A stretch of 64,000 bases of DNA from an uncultured Nitrospiraceae bacterium (lineage in GTDB: Bacteria; Nitrospirota; Thermodesulfovibrionia; UBA6902). Where the stretch lies: NCBI GenBank assembly GCA_964393845.1, contig CAYMUX010000001.1, positions 17,556 to 81,555 on the forward strand. The letters are read 5' to 3'. Shown here in pieces: positions 49,971 through 58,790 of this stretch (positions are counted from its first letter, which is position 1; the number at the start of each line of letters is the position of its first letter). Position numbers and translations under genes: made by a program. The notes beneath the pieces were generated by a model. The model worked only from the letters and a program-made list of their open reading frames with translations, was not told the origin of the DNA and did no database searches.

Positions 49971-50795
49971 ATGGCACTTATTTTTAATATTATTAACGGT
50001 ATCTTCAGAGTACTGTTCTATCCCTTCGAGAATTTAAATCCGGCATGGGGAATGATATGGATATCTTCAGTGGCCGGTGTCCTAATGCTGATAATTTTCC
50101 GTTTTACATCAAACCAGGAGGGGATCAAAAAGTCGAAAGCAAAAGTAAGCGCCTATATACTTGAGATGCGGCTGTTCAACCATGATCTCGGGAAGATGCT
50201 TGCATCCCTTGGAAGGACCTTATGGGCAAACATGGTGTATCTTCGTTTCATGCTTGTCCCTCTCGGCTTTATTATTATTCCTGTGTTGATAGTTTTAATC
50301 CAAACAAGTTACCGATATGAAAACCGTCCTTTGCAGCCTGGTGAAGCGGTAATAGTCAAGGCCATATTGAAAAAGGATTTTTCCGTTGTCGATACCCCTG
50401 TAGAGTTAAAGGCCCCGGACGGGGTCGTTGTCGAGACGGGCGCATTAAGGATCGCATCTCTGAATGAAGTAGACTGGCGTATAAGTTCTCAGAAAGCAGG
50501 GAATTACGAACTTATCTTTCATGTAAATGGTAAGAAATACAGCAAGAGTCTTCATGCAGAAGAGGGACTGCCCGTTCTCAGTATAGAGAGGGCAGGTTCA
50601 TCATTTGCTTCACTGCTTTTAAATCATTCCGAACCGAGGCTTCAGGATGACTCTCCTTTTATTTCTTTACATGTTTCATATCCTGACAGGGCGTTAAAGA
50701 TAATAGGATTTGAGCTCCATTGGATTATCTGGTTTTGTATCTTCTCGGTAATTTTCAGTTTTGCCTTTAAAGGTATTTTCAAGGTAGAACTGTAA
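49971..50795 (+). CDS. Hypothetical membrane protein
   Basis: 3-4 hydrophobic segments and a soluble domain of about 120 aa. No recognisable motif. Confidence 0.45.
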   Translation: MALIFNIINGIFRVLFYPFENLNPAWGMIWISSVAGVLMLIIFRFTSNQEGIKKSKAKVSAYILEMRLFNHDLGKMLASLGRTLWANMVYLRFMLVPLGFIIIPVLIVLIQTSYRYENRPLQPGEAVIVKAILKKDFSVVDTPVELKAPDGVVVETGALRIASLNEVDWRISSQKAGNYELIFHVNGKKYSKSLHAEEGLPVLSIERAGSSFASLLLNHSEPRLQDDSPFISLHVSYPDRALKIIGFELHWIIWFCIFSVIFSFAFKGIFKVEL

Positions 50796-50864
50796 GCTTT
50801 TGCGTTAATCTATCTAATTCGGTTTAAAGCAATCTTCATCAAAAAGGGCTCAGGCAAAAATATT

Positions 50865-51824
50865 ATGGACTTGTCGATTGTTGTTCCATTGTATAACGAA
50901 TATGAAAGTGTCGGGGAGCTTTATTGGAAGATTAAATCCGAGCTTCAAAAGCTTTCTCTAACATATGAGATCATTTTTATAGATGACGGATCAACAGACG
51001 GGACATGGGACGTTGTTGAAAAATTGAAAGCTGACAATCCCGAATTAAAGGGAATTAAATTCAGACACAATTGCGGCCAAACAAGCGCAATGGTGGCCGG
51101 ATTTAATTATGCATCAGGCAAAATAATCGTCACGCTGGACGGAGACCTGCAGAACGACCCATCCGATATTTCCGTGTTACTGGAGAAAATAAAAGAAGGC
51201 TATGATATAGTGAGCGGCTGGCGCAGAGACAGGAAAGATCATTTTTCAAGGGTCTTGCCGTCAAGGATTGCTAATGCCTTTATCTCAGTAGCAACCGGGG
51301 TGAAATTGCATGATTACGGCTGCACTCTCAAGGCCTACCGCGCCGAATGTATCAAACAGCTCCATGCATACGGAGAGATGCACAGGTTTTTCCCGGCCCT
51401 TGCCAGTATGACCGGTGCAAGGGTCACCGAGATCCCTGTTAAACATCATACAAGGAAGCACGGCGAATCAAAATACGGATTTGAACGCATCTTCAAGGTG
51501 TTCAGCGATATTCTGGCCATGAGCCTGATTATCAGGTTTTCATCCACTCCGCTAAAGGGTTTTGTTTATTGCGCTATCCCGTTTCTGTTCCTGACATTTT
51601 GTTTTGGACTGATGGGATGTTTGGCTGTCCTTTTGGACTTTACCAAGGGGAAAGACACCATTTTTTTTATTGCAACTGCTTTGAGCGGGATGGGGGCCAT
51701 ACATCTTATTACACTCGGAGTTATAGGGGAACTGGTGGTCAGTACCAGCGACCTGACCCACACACAACTTCCTGAGACGACCAAGAAAACAATCACTATC
51801 GATGATGACCGCGAGACAAAATAA
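50865..51824 (+). CDS. GT2 polyprenyl-phosphate sugar synthase (GtrB/ArnC-like), third copy
   Basis: IVVPLYNE ... IFIDDGSTDGT ... VTLDGDLQNDP. C-terminal TM pair and GVIGELV tail. Confidence 0.8.
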   Translation: MDLSIVVPLYNEYESVGELYWKIKSELQKLSLTYEIIFIDDGSTDGTWDVVEKLKADNPELKGIKFRHNCGQTSAMVAGFNYASGKIIVTLDGDLQNDPSDISVLLEKIKEGYDIVSGWRRDRKDHFSRVLPSRIANAFISVATGVKLHDYGCTLKAYRAECIKQLHAYGEMHRFFPALASMTGARVTEIPVKHHTRKHGESKYGFERIFKVFSDILAMSLIIRFSSTPLKGFVYCAIPFLFLTFCFGLMGCLAVLLDFTKGKDTIFFIATALSGMGAIHLITLGVIGELVVSTSDLTHTQLPETTKKTITIDDDRETK

Positions 51825-52773
51825 TTATACTTTAAAGTATTCGGTTATTTTTCTCCTCGAAGACCAGAATAAGGATGTCCTGCGTTTTATGAAGGATATG
51901 TATGATCTTTTTTCTTCAAGACCTGACTCATTTGAAATGATCATCATTGCAAACGGCACAGGAGGTTTTATAAGAAATATGCTGATGGGAGATCCCGTAT
52001 TTGCCGGCAAGATCAAGGCCCTGGAAATGAGCAATAAGGCATCTCAGGCCGTATGTCTTAAATCCATACTGAATGAGTGTAAAGGTGAATTCTTTGTAGT
52101 ATCCGGTTCATATCAGCAATTAATGCCGGAATCATATGGAAAACTTCTCGACAGCGTAGATGATGACACGGATATTGTAAGTCCATGGAGACAGCACAGG
52201 TTTGACCCTTCCATTTACAAGATGCAGTCAAGCGTATTTAATGCACTGGTAAGATGGATTACCGGATTTAATATGCATGATCTGAGTTGTAATGTGAGAA
52301 TATTCCGGCGTGAGGTGCTTGAGCGAACTGATTTGTACGGTAATATGTACCGTTTTCTTCCCATCTTTTCAGCGCTGAAGGGATTCAAAAACAGGGAAGT
52401 TAAATGCGAGCATTTCAAGGAACACGGTGAGCCTCGTAAGGCCCGGGCAGGCTTTTATCATTTATCAATTTATTTAAGCAGGATAATCGATGTTTTTACC
52501 CTTTACTTCAATACATCTTTTACAAAGAAACCGTTGAGATTTTTCAGTTCCATAGGAATTGTTTCCATTGTGATAAGCATAGTCATTAATTGCATACTCT
52601 TTCTTCAAAAAATATTTTATGGCCAGAATATGGCGCTCCGCCCAATATTCATATTGGCTATTTTCCTGTTAGTCGTAGGGGTACAATCTGCCGGTATGGG
52701 TTTACTTGGAGAGATCATTGCATTTACACATGGACGCCGCAAGAAGGAATATATCATAGAGAAGATAATATAG
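51802..52773 (+). CDS. GT2-like paralog with degenerate active-site motifs (probable pseudo-enzyme or divergent)
   Basis: Same length and C-terminal TM pair as the neighbouring GtrB-like gene. The DDG and DxD positions read IIANGTGG and VVSGSYQ. Confidence 0.5.
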   Translation: MMTARQNNYTLKYSVIFLLEDQNKDVLRFMKDMYDLFSSRPDSFEMIIIANGTGGFIRNMLMGDPVFAGKIKALEMSNKASQAVCLKSILNECKGEFFVVSGSYQQLMPESYGKLLDSVDDDTDIVSPWRQHRFDPSIYKMQSSVFNALVRWITGFNMHDLSCNVRIFRREVLERTDLYGNMYRFLPIFSALKGFKNREVKCEHFKEHGEPRKARAGFYHLSIYLSRIIDVFTLYFNTSFTKKPLRFFSSIGIVSIVISIVINCILFLQKIFYGQNMALRPIFILAIFLLVVGVQSAGMGLLGEIIAFTHGRRKKEYIIEKII

Positions 52774-52810
52774 ACGACTGAGGACCCTGAAATAGTATCC
52801 TTTTATCATT

Positions 52811-54448
52811 ATGCTCAATTCTGAACAGACAAATATGAATTTGAAATATCATATGCTTTTTGCCTTCATATTAATATCGGCGGTTGCATTGAGGATTATT
52901 TATTACATGGGGCCCTCCGGTGCCGACGATATGATCTACTTTTCCGTTGTGGAGAAATTATTATCAAATCAGGATGTAGGGACAGCCATAAGCTCGTCAA
53001 CGCATTGGGGTGTAAGGCTTGGCATGGTCCTGCCTGTCTGGGCGGCTATGAAGGTATTCGGCATTTCGGAGTTTTCATCATATTTATTCCCGCTGATTAC
53101 GTCGGCAGGCATATTGGTTTTTGTTTACATTGCAGGTTTGAGACTATTCAATCTTCCGGTGGCACTGTTGTCTTCACTGACTTTTGCCCTGCTGCCGCAA
53201 GATATATATTTGTCTACCGTTATGTATCCGGACGGGCCTGTCGTTCTTTTCAGTGCACTGTTTATTTACTTGTTCTATAAATTGTCGGGAAATAAAGAAG
53301 CAGATGTCAAACAATCAATAATTGCGGGGGTTATTCTCGGTCTTGCTTATTTCATTCGTGAAACTGCTTTGATATTACTGATTACAATACCGATACTTTT
53401 TTTCCATGCGCCGAACAAGAAGCATTTTTTCAGGACAGCGTTTTTTATTTTAACAGGTCTGTTGATTGCAATTGCTTTTGAGATGCTTGTTTTCTGGTTG
53501 CTGACCGGTGATCCCCTTACCAGGTGGGAAATCCTCCTGGGCAAAACAAAAGTCCTTGAACCGCGAGCGTTTACTGTTTACAGTCATGGCAATGTAAAGT
53601 CCGGAAGTTTGATAAGTAAATATTTGTTCGATCCGTTCTTTGTGATCTTCGCTACTCACTGGATATCTCCTCTGATGGTTATAGTAGCGGCTGGAGTTGT
53701 TATTCTACAGATGACCCGAAAAGAGAATTACAAGTTCTTCTCTTTGAAGAAAGGTCATTTTTTATGGCTGTTTATTTTAACGTTTATTACATTGGCTTTT
53801 TATTCTTTCGGGCCTATATATGGTTTTGCCGTGCCGTTAAAAAGGGACGTAAGATATTACCATACCATAACTCCACTGGCATCCTTGCTGTCGGGGGTTA
53901 TTGTCTATGAATTCCTGGTCCAAAAAGGCGTCAAGAGACTTATAGGTTATTCAATGATACTCTTTTATATCCTTGCATCTTCCATTTGTTTAGGGAGCAT
54001 AGTAAACAAGAATGTTCATGGCCTGGACCTGATTGAGGAATTTATTTCCCGAAATCCTGCGGAGAATTACATTATGCCGGTTATGTTGAAAAAGACGCTT
54101 CAATTCAAGAGGGGGGCTGATTTTGAGGATAATAAGATTATTACATATGATTACGACATTCGAAAAAAAATGGAACAGCAATTAAACACCCTCTTAATGG
54201 ACGTCCGTAAAGAAGGCGCGGTCCAATATATTTTTGTCATCCCAAAGATACATGAAATCCAGACTAAATTTAGGAGACAAATTAACTGGCCTATGGAAAA
54301 AATGAGACTTGTTAATGTAATGACTACAGCTCCGGGCCTCAGCTGCCGGATTATAAAATCAAACGACGTATTATTTAAAGTAACGCCGGACGCGATCAAA
54401 TCAAAGATATGCTATACCGCCGACGTTTATGTGTACCAGCTTAGATGA
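52811..54448 (+). CDS. GT-C fold membrane glycosyltransferase (ArnT/PMT-like)
   Basis: Polytopic. An early loop GPSGADDMIYFSVVEKL. About 11 TM helices plus a C-terminal soluble domain. Confidence 0.55.
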   Translation: MLNSEQTNMNLKYHMLFAFILISAVALRIIYYMGPSGADDMIYFSVVEKLLSNQDVGTAISSSTHWGVRLGMVLPVWAAMKVFGISEFSSYLFPLITSAGILVFVYIAGLRLFNLPVALLSSLTFALLPQDIYLSTVMYPDGPVVLFSALFIYLFYKLSGNKEADVKQSIIAGVILGLAYFIRETALILLITIPILFFHAPNKKHFFRTAFFILTGLLIAIAFEMLVFWLLTGDPLTRWEILLGKTKVLEPRAFTVYSHGNVKSGSLISKYLFDPFFVIFATHWISPLMVIVAAGVVILQMTRKENYKFFSLKKGHFLWLFILTFITLAFYSFGPIYGFAVPLKRDVRYYHTITPLASLLSGVIVYEFLVQKGVKRLIGYSMILFYILASSICLGSIVNKNVHGLDLIEEFISRNPAENYIMPVMLKKTLQFKRGADFEDNKIITYDYDIRKKMEQQLNTLLMDVRKEGAVQYIFVIPKIHEIQTKFRRQINWPMEKMRLVNVMTTAPGLSCRIIKSNDVLFKVTPDAIKSKICYTADVYVYQLR

Positions 54449-55290
54449 GAGACTGGAATATCTCAAACTATCTGACAATCGATGTGGAAGATTACTATCA
54501 TGTTTCAGCGTTTGAACGGGTAGTCGGACACAAGAATTGGGACAGCTATGATTCAAGGGTAGAGGTGAATACGAAAGTCATCCTTGATATTCTCGATTCT
54601 TTTGAGGTGAAGGCCACATTTTTTGTGCTCGGCTGGATTGCCCGGAGGTTTCCGAATTTAGTTAAGGATATTTACGGCAGGGGGCATGAAATAGGCTGTC
54701 ACAGCTATTATCATCGTCTCATATACAACCTCTCTCCCGAAGAATTCATGAAGGACACAAAAAAAGCCAAGGATGTCCTGGAGCAGATTACCGGCAGACC
54801 GGTTTCAGGCTACCGGGCCCCGAGCTACTCTATCATTAAGGAGACGTTGTGGGCGCTGGATATTCTGGAAGAACTTGGGTTTAAGTATGATTCAAGCATC
54901 TTCCCGATATTTCATGACCGCTACGGGATTTTTAATTCGCCGAGATTTCAATATAAACTTCCTGACAATAACTTGATGGAATACCCCATTACTACCTCCG
55001 CTTTTTTAGGTCTGAAGATTCCGGTTTCAGGCGGCGGGTATTTTCGGCTGTTACCATACAATCTGACCAGAATGTTTTTAGGCAGGATAAATCAAAAAGA
55101 GAAGCAGCCATTTGTTTTTTACCTGCATCCCTGGGAAATAGACCCGGAGCAACCGAGGATAGACGGGTTGAGTGTCCTTTCGAAATTCAGACATTATAAT
55201 AATCTCAATAGAGCTTCAGGGCGCTTCAAGAGATTGCTTAAAGATTTTAAGTTTGCTCCCATTAATCACTCAATGAATAATTCAGTATAA
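54445..55290 (+). CDS. Polysaccharide deacetylase, PEP-CTERM-locus subfamily (NodB-like with DUF3473-type C-terminus)
   Basis: LTIDVEDYYHVSAFE ... VKATFFVLGWIA ... GHEIGCHSYYH ... GYRAPSYSI ... GGGYFRLLPY ... FYLHPWEIDPEQPR is near-collinear with the exosortase-locus deacetylase family. Confidence 0.85.
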   Translation: MRDWNISNYLTIDVEDYYHVSAFERVVGHKNWDSYDSRVEVNTKVILDILDSFEVKATFFVLGWIARRFPNLVKDIYGRGHEIGCHSYYHRLIYNLSPEEFMKDTKKAKDVLEQITGRPVSGYRAPSYSIIKETLWALDILEELGFKYDSSIFPIFHDRYGIFNSPRFQYKLPDNNLMEYPITTSAFLGLKIPVSGGGYFRLLPYNLTRMFLGRINQKEKQPFVFYLHPWEIDPEQPRIDGLSVLSKFRHYNNLNRASGRFKRLLKDFKFAPINHSMNNSV

Positions 55291-56340
55291 ATGATTATTA
55301 GATTGGCCAATGAGGAAGATAAAAATAATTGGGATGAGTATGTTTACAGCCATCCTGACGCATCCCCCTGTCATCTCTATGCATGGAGAATGACGGTTGA
55401 GAATGCTTATGGCCACAGGGCTTATTATCTGCTGGCGGAAGAGGGCGGTCAGATAACGGGTGTATTACCGTTAATTTATTTAAAACTGCCTTTTATTTCC
55501 GGACAGCTTGTTTCTTTGCCGTTTTGTGATGCAGGCGATTCATTAACCAGAGATGAATACACAAAGGAAAAACTGATACTGGAAGCAGTTTCTTTGGCCC
55601 AAAAATTGAAAGCGAAATATATTGAGCTGAGAAGCAGGGTTTATACATCGTCTTTTGAGTATTTAAAATTTCCGGTAAGCATACAATCACACAAGGTAAG
55701 AATGGTTCTGGAACTTCCTCAATCGTCCGATCTATTATGGGATAGTTTCAAATCGAAACTGCGAAGCCAACTCAGAAAGGCTGAAAAAAATAGTTTAGAA
55801 TTCAAATGGGGTTCTCTTGATAATCTTGAGGACTTCTATGTTGTATTCAGCCGGAACATGAGGGACCTCGGTTCGCCGGTCCATTCAAGGGAATGGTTTT
55901 ATGCTGTTTTGACGTATTACGGAAAAAATATTCGGATGGGTTTGATTTATTACAATAGACAGCTGATCGGAGTCGGCATCATATTAATTATGAATAATAT
56001 GATTTCAATTCCCTGGGCATCAACATTGCGGGACTGCAATAAACTTTCTCCGAATATGCTTCTTTACTGGAATTTCCTGAAATTTGCTTCCGACAGCGGT
56101 TATGCAATATTTGATTTCGGACGTTCTACCCCGAATGAGGGCACTTATCAGTTCAAGGCTCAATGGGGCGCAAAACCGGTCCCTCTCCACTGGCATTACA
56201 TATTAATAAATAATAAGGAGCTGAACTTTGATACGCACAGTTCTGCAAAAAGAGAAAAGATAGCGCGTCTGTGGCAAAGTCTCCCGCTTAAAATGGCTAA
56301 TTATATAGGGCCGGCTATAAGGAAACACATAAGTTTATGA
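55291..56340 (+). CDS. FemAB-like (GNAT-fold) PEP-CTERM system-associated protein
   Basis: Position directly after the PEP-CTERM-subfamily deacetylase. HLYAWRMTVENAYGH ... LPFCDAGD ... FDFGRS motifs of the FemAB-related family. Confidence 0.8.
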   Translation: MIIRLANEEDKNNWDEYVYSHPDASPCHLYAWRMTVENAYGHRAYYLLAEEGGQITGVLPLIYLKLPFISGQLVSLPFCDAGDSLTRDEYTKEKLILEAVSLAQKLKAKYIELRSRVYTSSFEYLKFPVSIQSHKVRMVLELPQSSDLLWDSFKSKLRSQLRKAEKNSLEFKWGSLDNLEDFYVVFSRNMRDLGSPVHSREWFYAVLTYYGKNIRMGLIYYNRQLIGVGIILIMNNMISIPWASTLRDCNKLSPNMLLYWNFLKFASDSGYAIFDFGRSTPNEGTYQFKAQWGAKPVPLHWHYILINNKELNFDTHSSAKREKIARLWQSLPLKMANYIGPAIRKHISL

Positions 56341-58769
56341 CAGCATTTCTTGAAATTGCAGCATTTTTGATGCTTTTTATCCTTTTATATATTTACATAG
56401 GATATCCCCTTCTCTTATTTCTCTTAAGATATATACTCCCTGAAAAGAAAGTCGACAAAAAGGAAATCTTTCCGGAAGTTTCAATTTTGATATCCTGTTT
56501 TAATGAAGAAGCTGTTATCCGTGAAAAACTGAAAAATGCCCTGGCAATCGAGTATCCGAAAGACAAATTCGAAATCATTGTTGTATCAGATGCTTCAACC
56601 GATCATACAGATGAGATAGTGAGGGAATATGAAAAACAGGGAGTGCGTTTAATCAGGCAAAATGAGAACCTTGGAAAGACCTCCGGATTAAATCTTGCAG
56701 TTCCTCAGGCAAAGGGTGAGATAATAGTTTTTTCTGACGCAAATGCCATGTATATGCCGGATGCCGTCAGCAAGCTGGTACGTAATTTTAATGATGAAAA
56801 AATCGGCTATGTCGTGGGAGAGGCGAGGTACAGGGATATAAATATAACTGCCGCAGCCAAGAGCGAATCTACTTATTGGAAGTTTGAGATATTGCTTAAG
56901 AAAATGGAAAGCCATATTCATTCTGTTGTAGGAGGCGACGGGGCCATATATGCTATTCGCCGCGGACTATATGAAAAGATGCTGGATACCGACATCAACG
57001 ACTTTGTTAATCCTCTTCAAATAATATTAAAGGGATACCGGGGTATTTACGAAACAGAGGCTGTCTGCTATGAAGAGTCATCGGGAGAATTTAAAAAAGA
57101 ATTCAACCGGAAGATCAGGATTATAAACCGCAGCTTCAGCGGTCTTATGCGTATGAAGGCTGTATTGAATCCAATTAAGACAGGCTTTTTCAGCCTGGGT
57201 ATTATCTCCCATAAACTTCTGCGCTGGTTTGCTCCTGTCTTTCTTATTGTTTTTGTAGTTTTCTGCCTTGCCCTCTCCTTGTTCAATGTAGTTATATTTC
57301 AGTGGAGTGCATTGCTGCTCGTGATATTTTTTATATTCTCATATATAGGTTATTTATTCTCAGAACAGGATAATGTCTGGCTGTTTTTTTATTATCCTTA
57401 TTATTTTGCACTGGTAAGCACAGCTTCTCTAATAGGCTTGCACAAGAGCTTTAAAGGGGAAATTCAAACAACATGGAGTCCGTCAAGAATTACTGTTAAA
57501 GAACATAGAGAAGACTATAGCTCTGCAAAAAGCGTAATTCATGTTTTGGCATTTATTCTAGTATGGTTTTTCGTTAGGACAATGGGAGCATTTGTTAATA
57601 ATCCTGTTCTCCCCGATAAAATATTTTTCTGGGCAATAGTAGTGTTAATCAGCTATGTTTATTTCGGGTATCCTCTGGCTTTGAAACTCCTTACTAAATA
57701 TTACCAAAAACCCGTACTGAGCGATGAAATAACGCCTGACGTATCTTTACTTGTCTGTGCATACAATGAAGAAGATGTAATCAGGGAAAAGATTGAAAAC
57801 AGTTTCGCACTTGATTATCCGCCTGACAAATTGAAAATTGTAATCGCCTCGGACGGCTCAACTGACAGAACGGACGGCATAGTGCGGCAATATGAAAGTG
57901 AAAGACTGATATTAATGAGTTATCCTGAGCGGAGAGGGAAGATGTCTGTCATCAATGACACGGTTTCAAGGCTCAATAGTGAAATTATTATCTTCTCGGA
58001 TGCCAATACTATGTATCAGAAAGACGCAGTCAGGAAACTGGTCCGAAACTTTAATGATCCGTCAGTAGGCGGAGTCAGCGCCGACGTGATCCTTCATAAT
58101 GAAGAAGCAACTTACGGCAGGTCGGAATCTCTATATTATCTTTATGAACGCTGGATCCAGAAAAAAGAATCGGAATTCGGCTCCATAATAGGCGCGGACG
58201 GCGGTATGTATGCCATCAGGAGAAGTCTGTTCGTCCCTCCCTCGAATAATATAATTCTCGATGATTTCGTAATCTCAATGAATGTGGTTCTGAGCGGACA
58301 TCGGCTGGTTTATGAGAAGGAGGCCATCGGACATGAGAGAAGCTCAAGCTCGTCAAAAACGGAATTTTTGCGCAAATCAAGGGTCATTGCAGGGGCCATT
58401 CAATCGGTCATGCAGAAAGAAGGGGTTCCATCGATTAAACATAAGGGCGTTTTTTTCTGTTATGTTTCTCATAAACATCTCCGCTGGATGATCCCGATAA
58501 TCCTCATATTCTTATATCTTGTAAATCTTCGCCTGTGTTATGTATCAGGAGAATTTATCTACCTGGCGTCATTTTCAGTGCAGACGTTATTTTATCTGTT
58601 GGCAGTCTTAGATATGTTTATTTCAAAAAAATATAAATTTAGGTTAACCTCGATCCCGTTCTATTTCTGCATGGTTAATACTGCAGCACTATACGGGATT
58701 TATAAGGGATTATTTAAGAAGCAGCCTGTCAAGTGGCGGAAATTCAGCCGGGGAATGGAAACGGCTTGA
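56337..58769 (+). CDS. Fused tandem GT2 synthase (two complete TM-GT2-TM modules in one 810-aa polypeptide)
   Basis: Module 1: GYPLLLFLL ... VSILISCFNEE ... IIVVSDASTDHT ... IVFSDANAMY. Module 2: GYPLALKLL ... VSLLVCAYNEE ... IVIASDGSTDRT ... IIFSDANTMY. Each module is followed by TM helices. Confidence 0.75.
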   Translation: MTAFLEIAAFLMLFILLYIYIGYPLLLFLLRYILPEKKVDKKEIFPEVSILISCFNEEAVIREKLKNALAIEYPKDKFEIIVVSDASTDHTDEIVREYEKQGVRLIRQNENLGKTSGLNLAVPQAKGEIIVFSDANAMYMPDAVSKLVRNFNDEKIGYVVGEARYRDINITAAAKSESTYWKFEILLKKMESHIHSVVGGDGAIYAIRRGLYEKMLDTDINDFVNPLQIILKGYRGIYETEAVCYEESSGEFKKEFNRKIRIINRSFSGLMRMKAVLNPIKTGFFSLGIISHKLLRWFAPVFLIVFVVFCLALSLFNVVIFQWSALLLVIFFIFSYIGYLFSEQDNVWLFFYYPYYFALVSTASLIGLHKSFKGEIQTTWSPSRITVKEHREDYSSAKSVIHVLAFILVWFFVRTMGAFVNNPVLPDKIFFWAIVVLISYVYFGYPLALKLLTKYYQKPVLSDEITPDVSLLVCAYNEEDVIREKIENSFALDYPPDKLKIVIASDGSTDRTDGIVRQYESERLILMSYPERRGKMSVINDTVSRLNSEIIIFSDANTMYQKDAVRKLVRNFNDPSVGGVSADVILHNEEATYGRSESLYYLYERWIQKKESEFGSIIGADGGMYAIRRSLFVPPSNNIILDDFVISMNVVLSGHRLVYEKEAIGHERSSSSSKTEFLRKSRVIAGAIQSVMQKEGVPSIKHKGVFFCYVSHKHLRWMIPIILIFLYLVNLRLCYVSGEFIYLASFSVQTLFYLLAVLDMFISKKYKFRLTSIPFYFCMVNTAALYGIYKGLFKKQPVKWRKFSRGMETA

Positions 58770-58790
58770 TCATTAATCTGACGGAGACAC

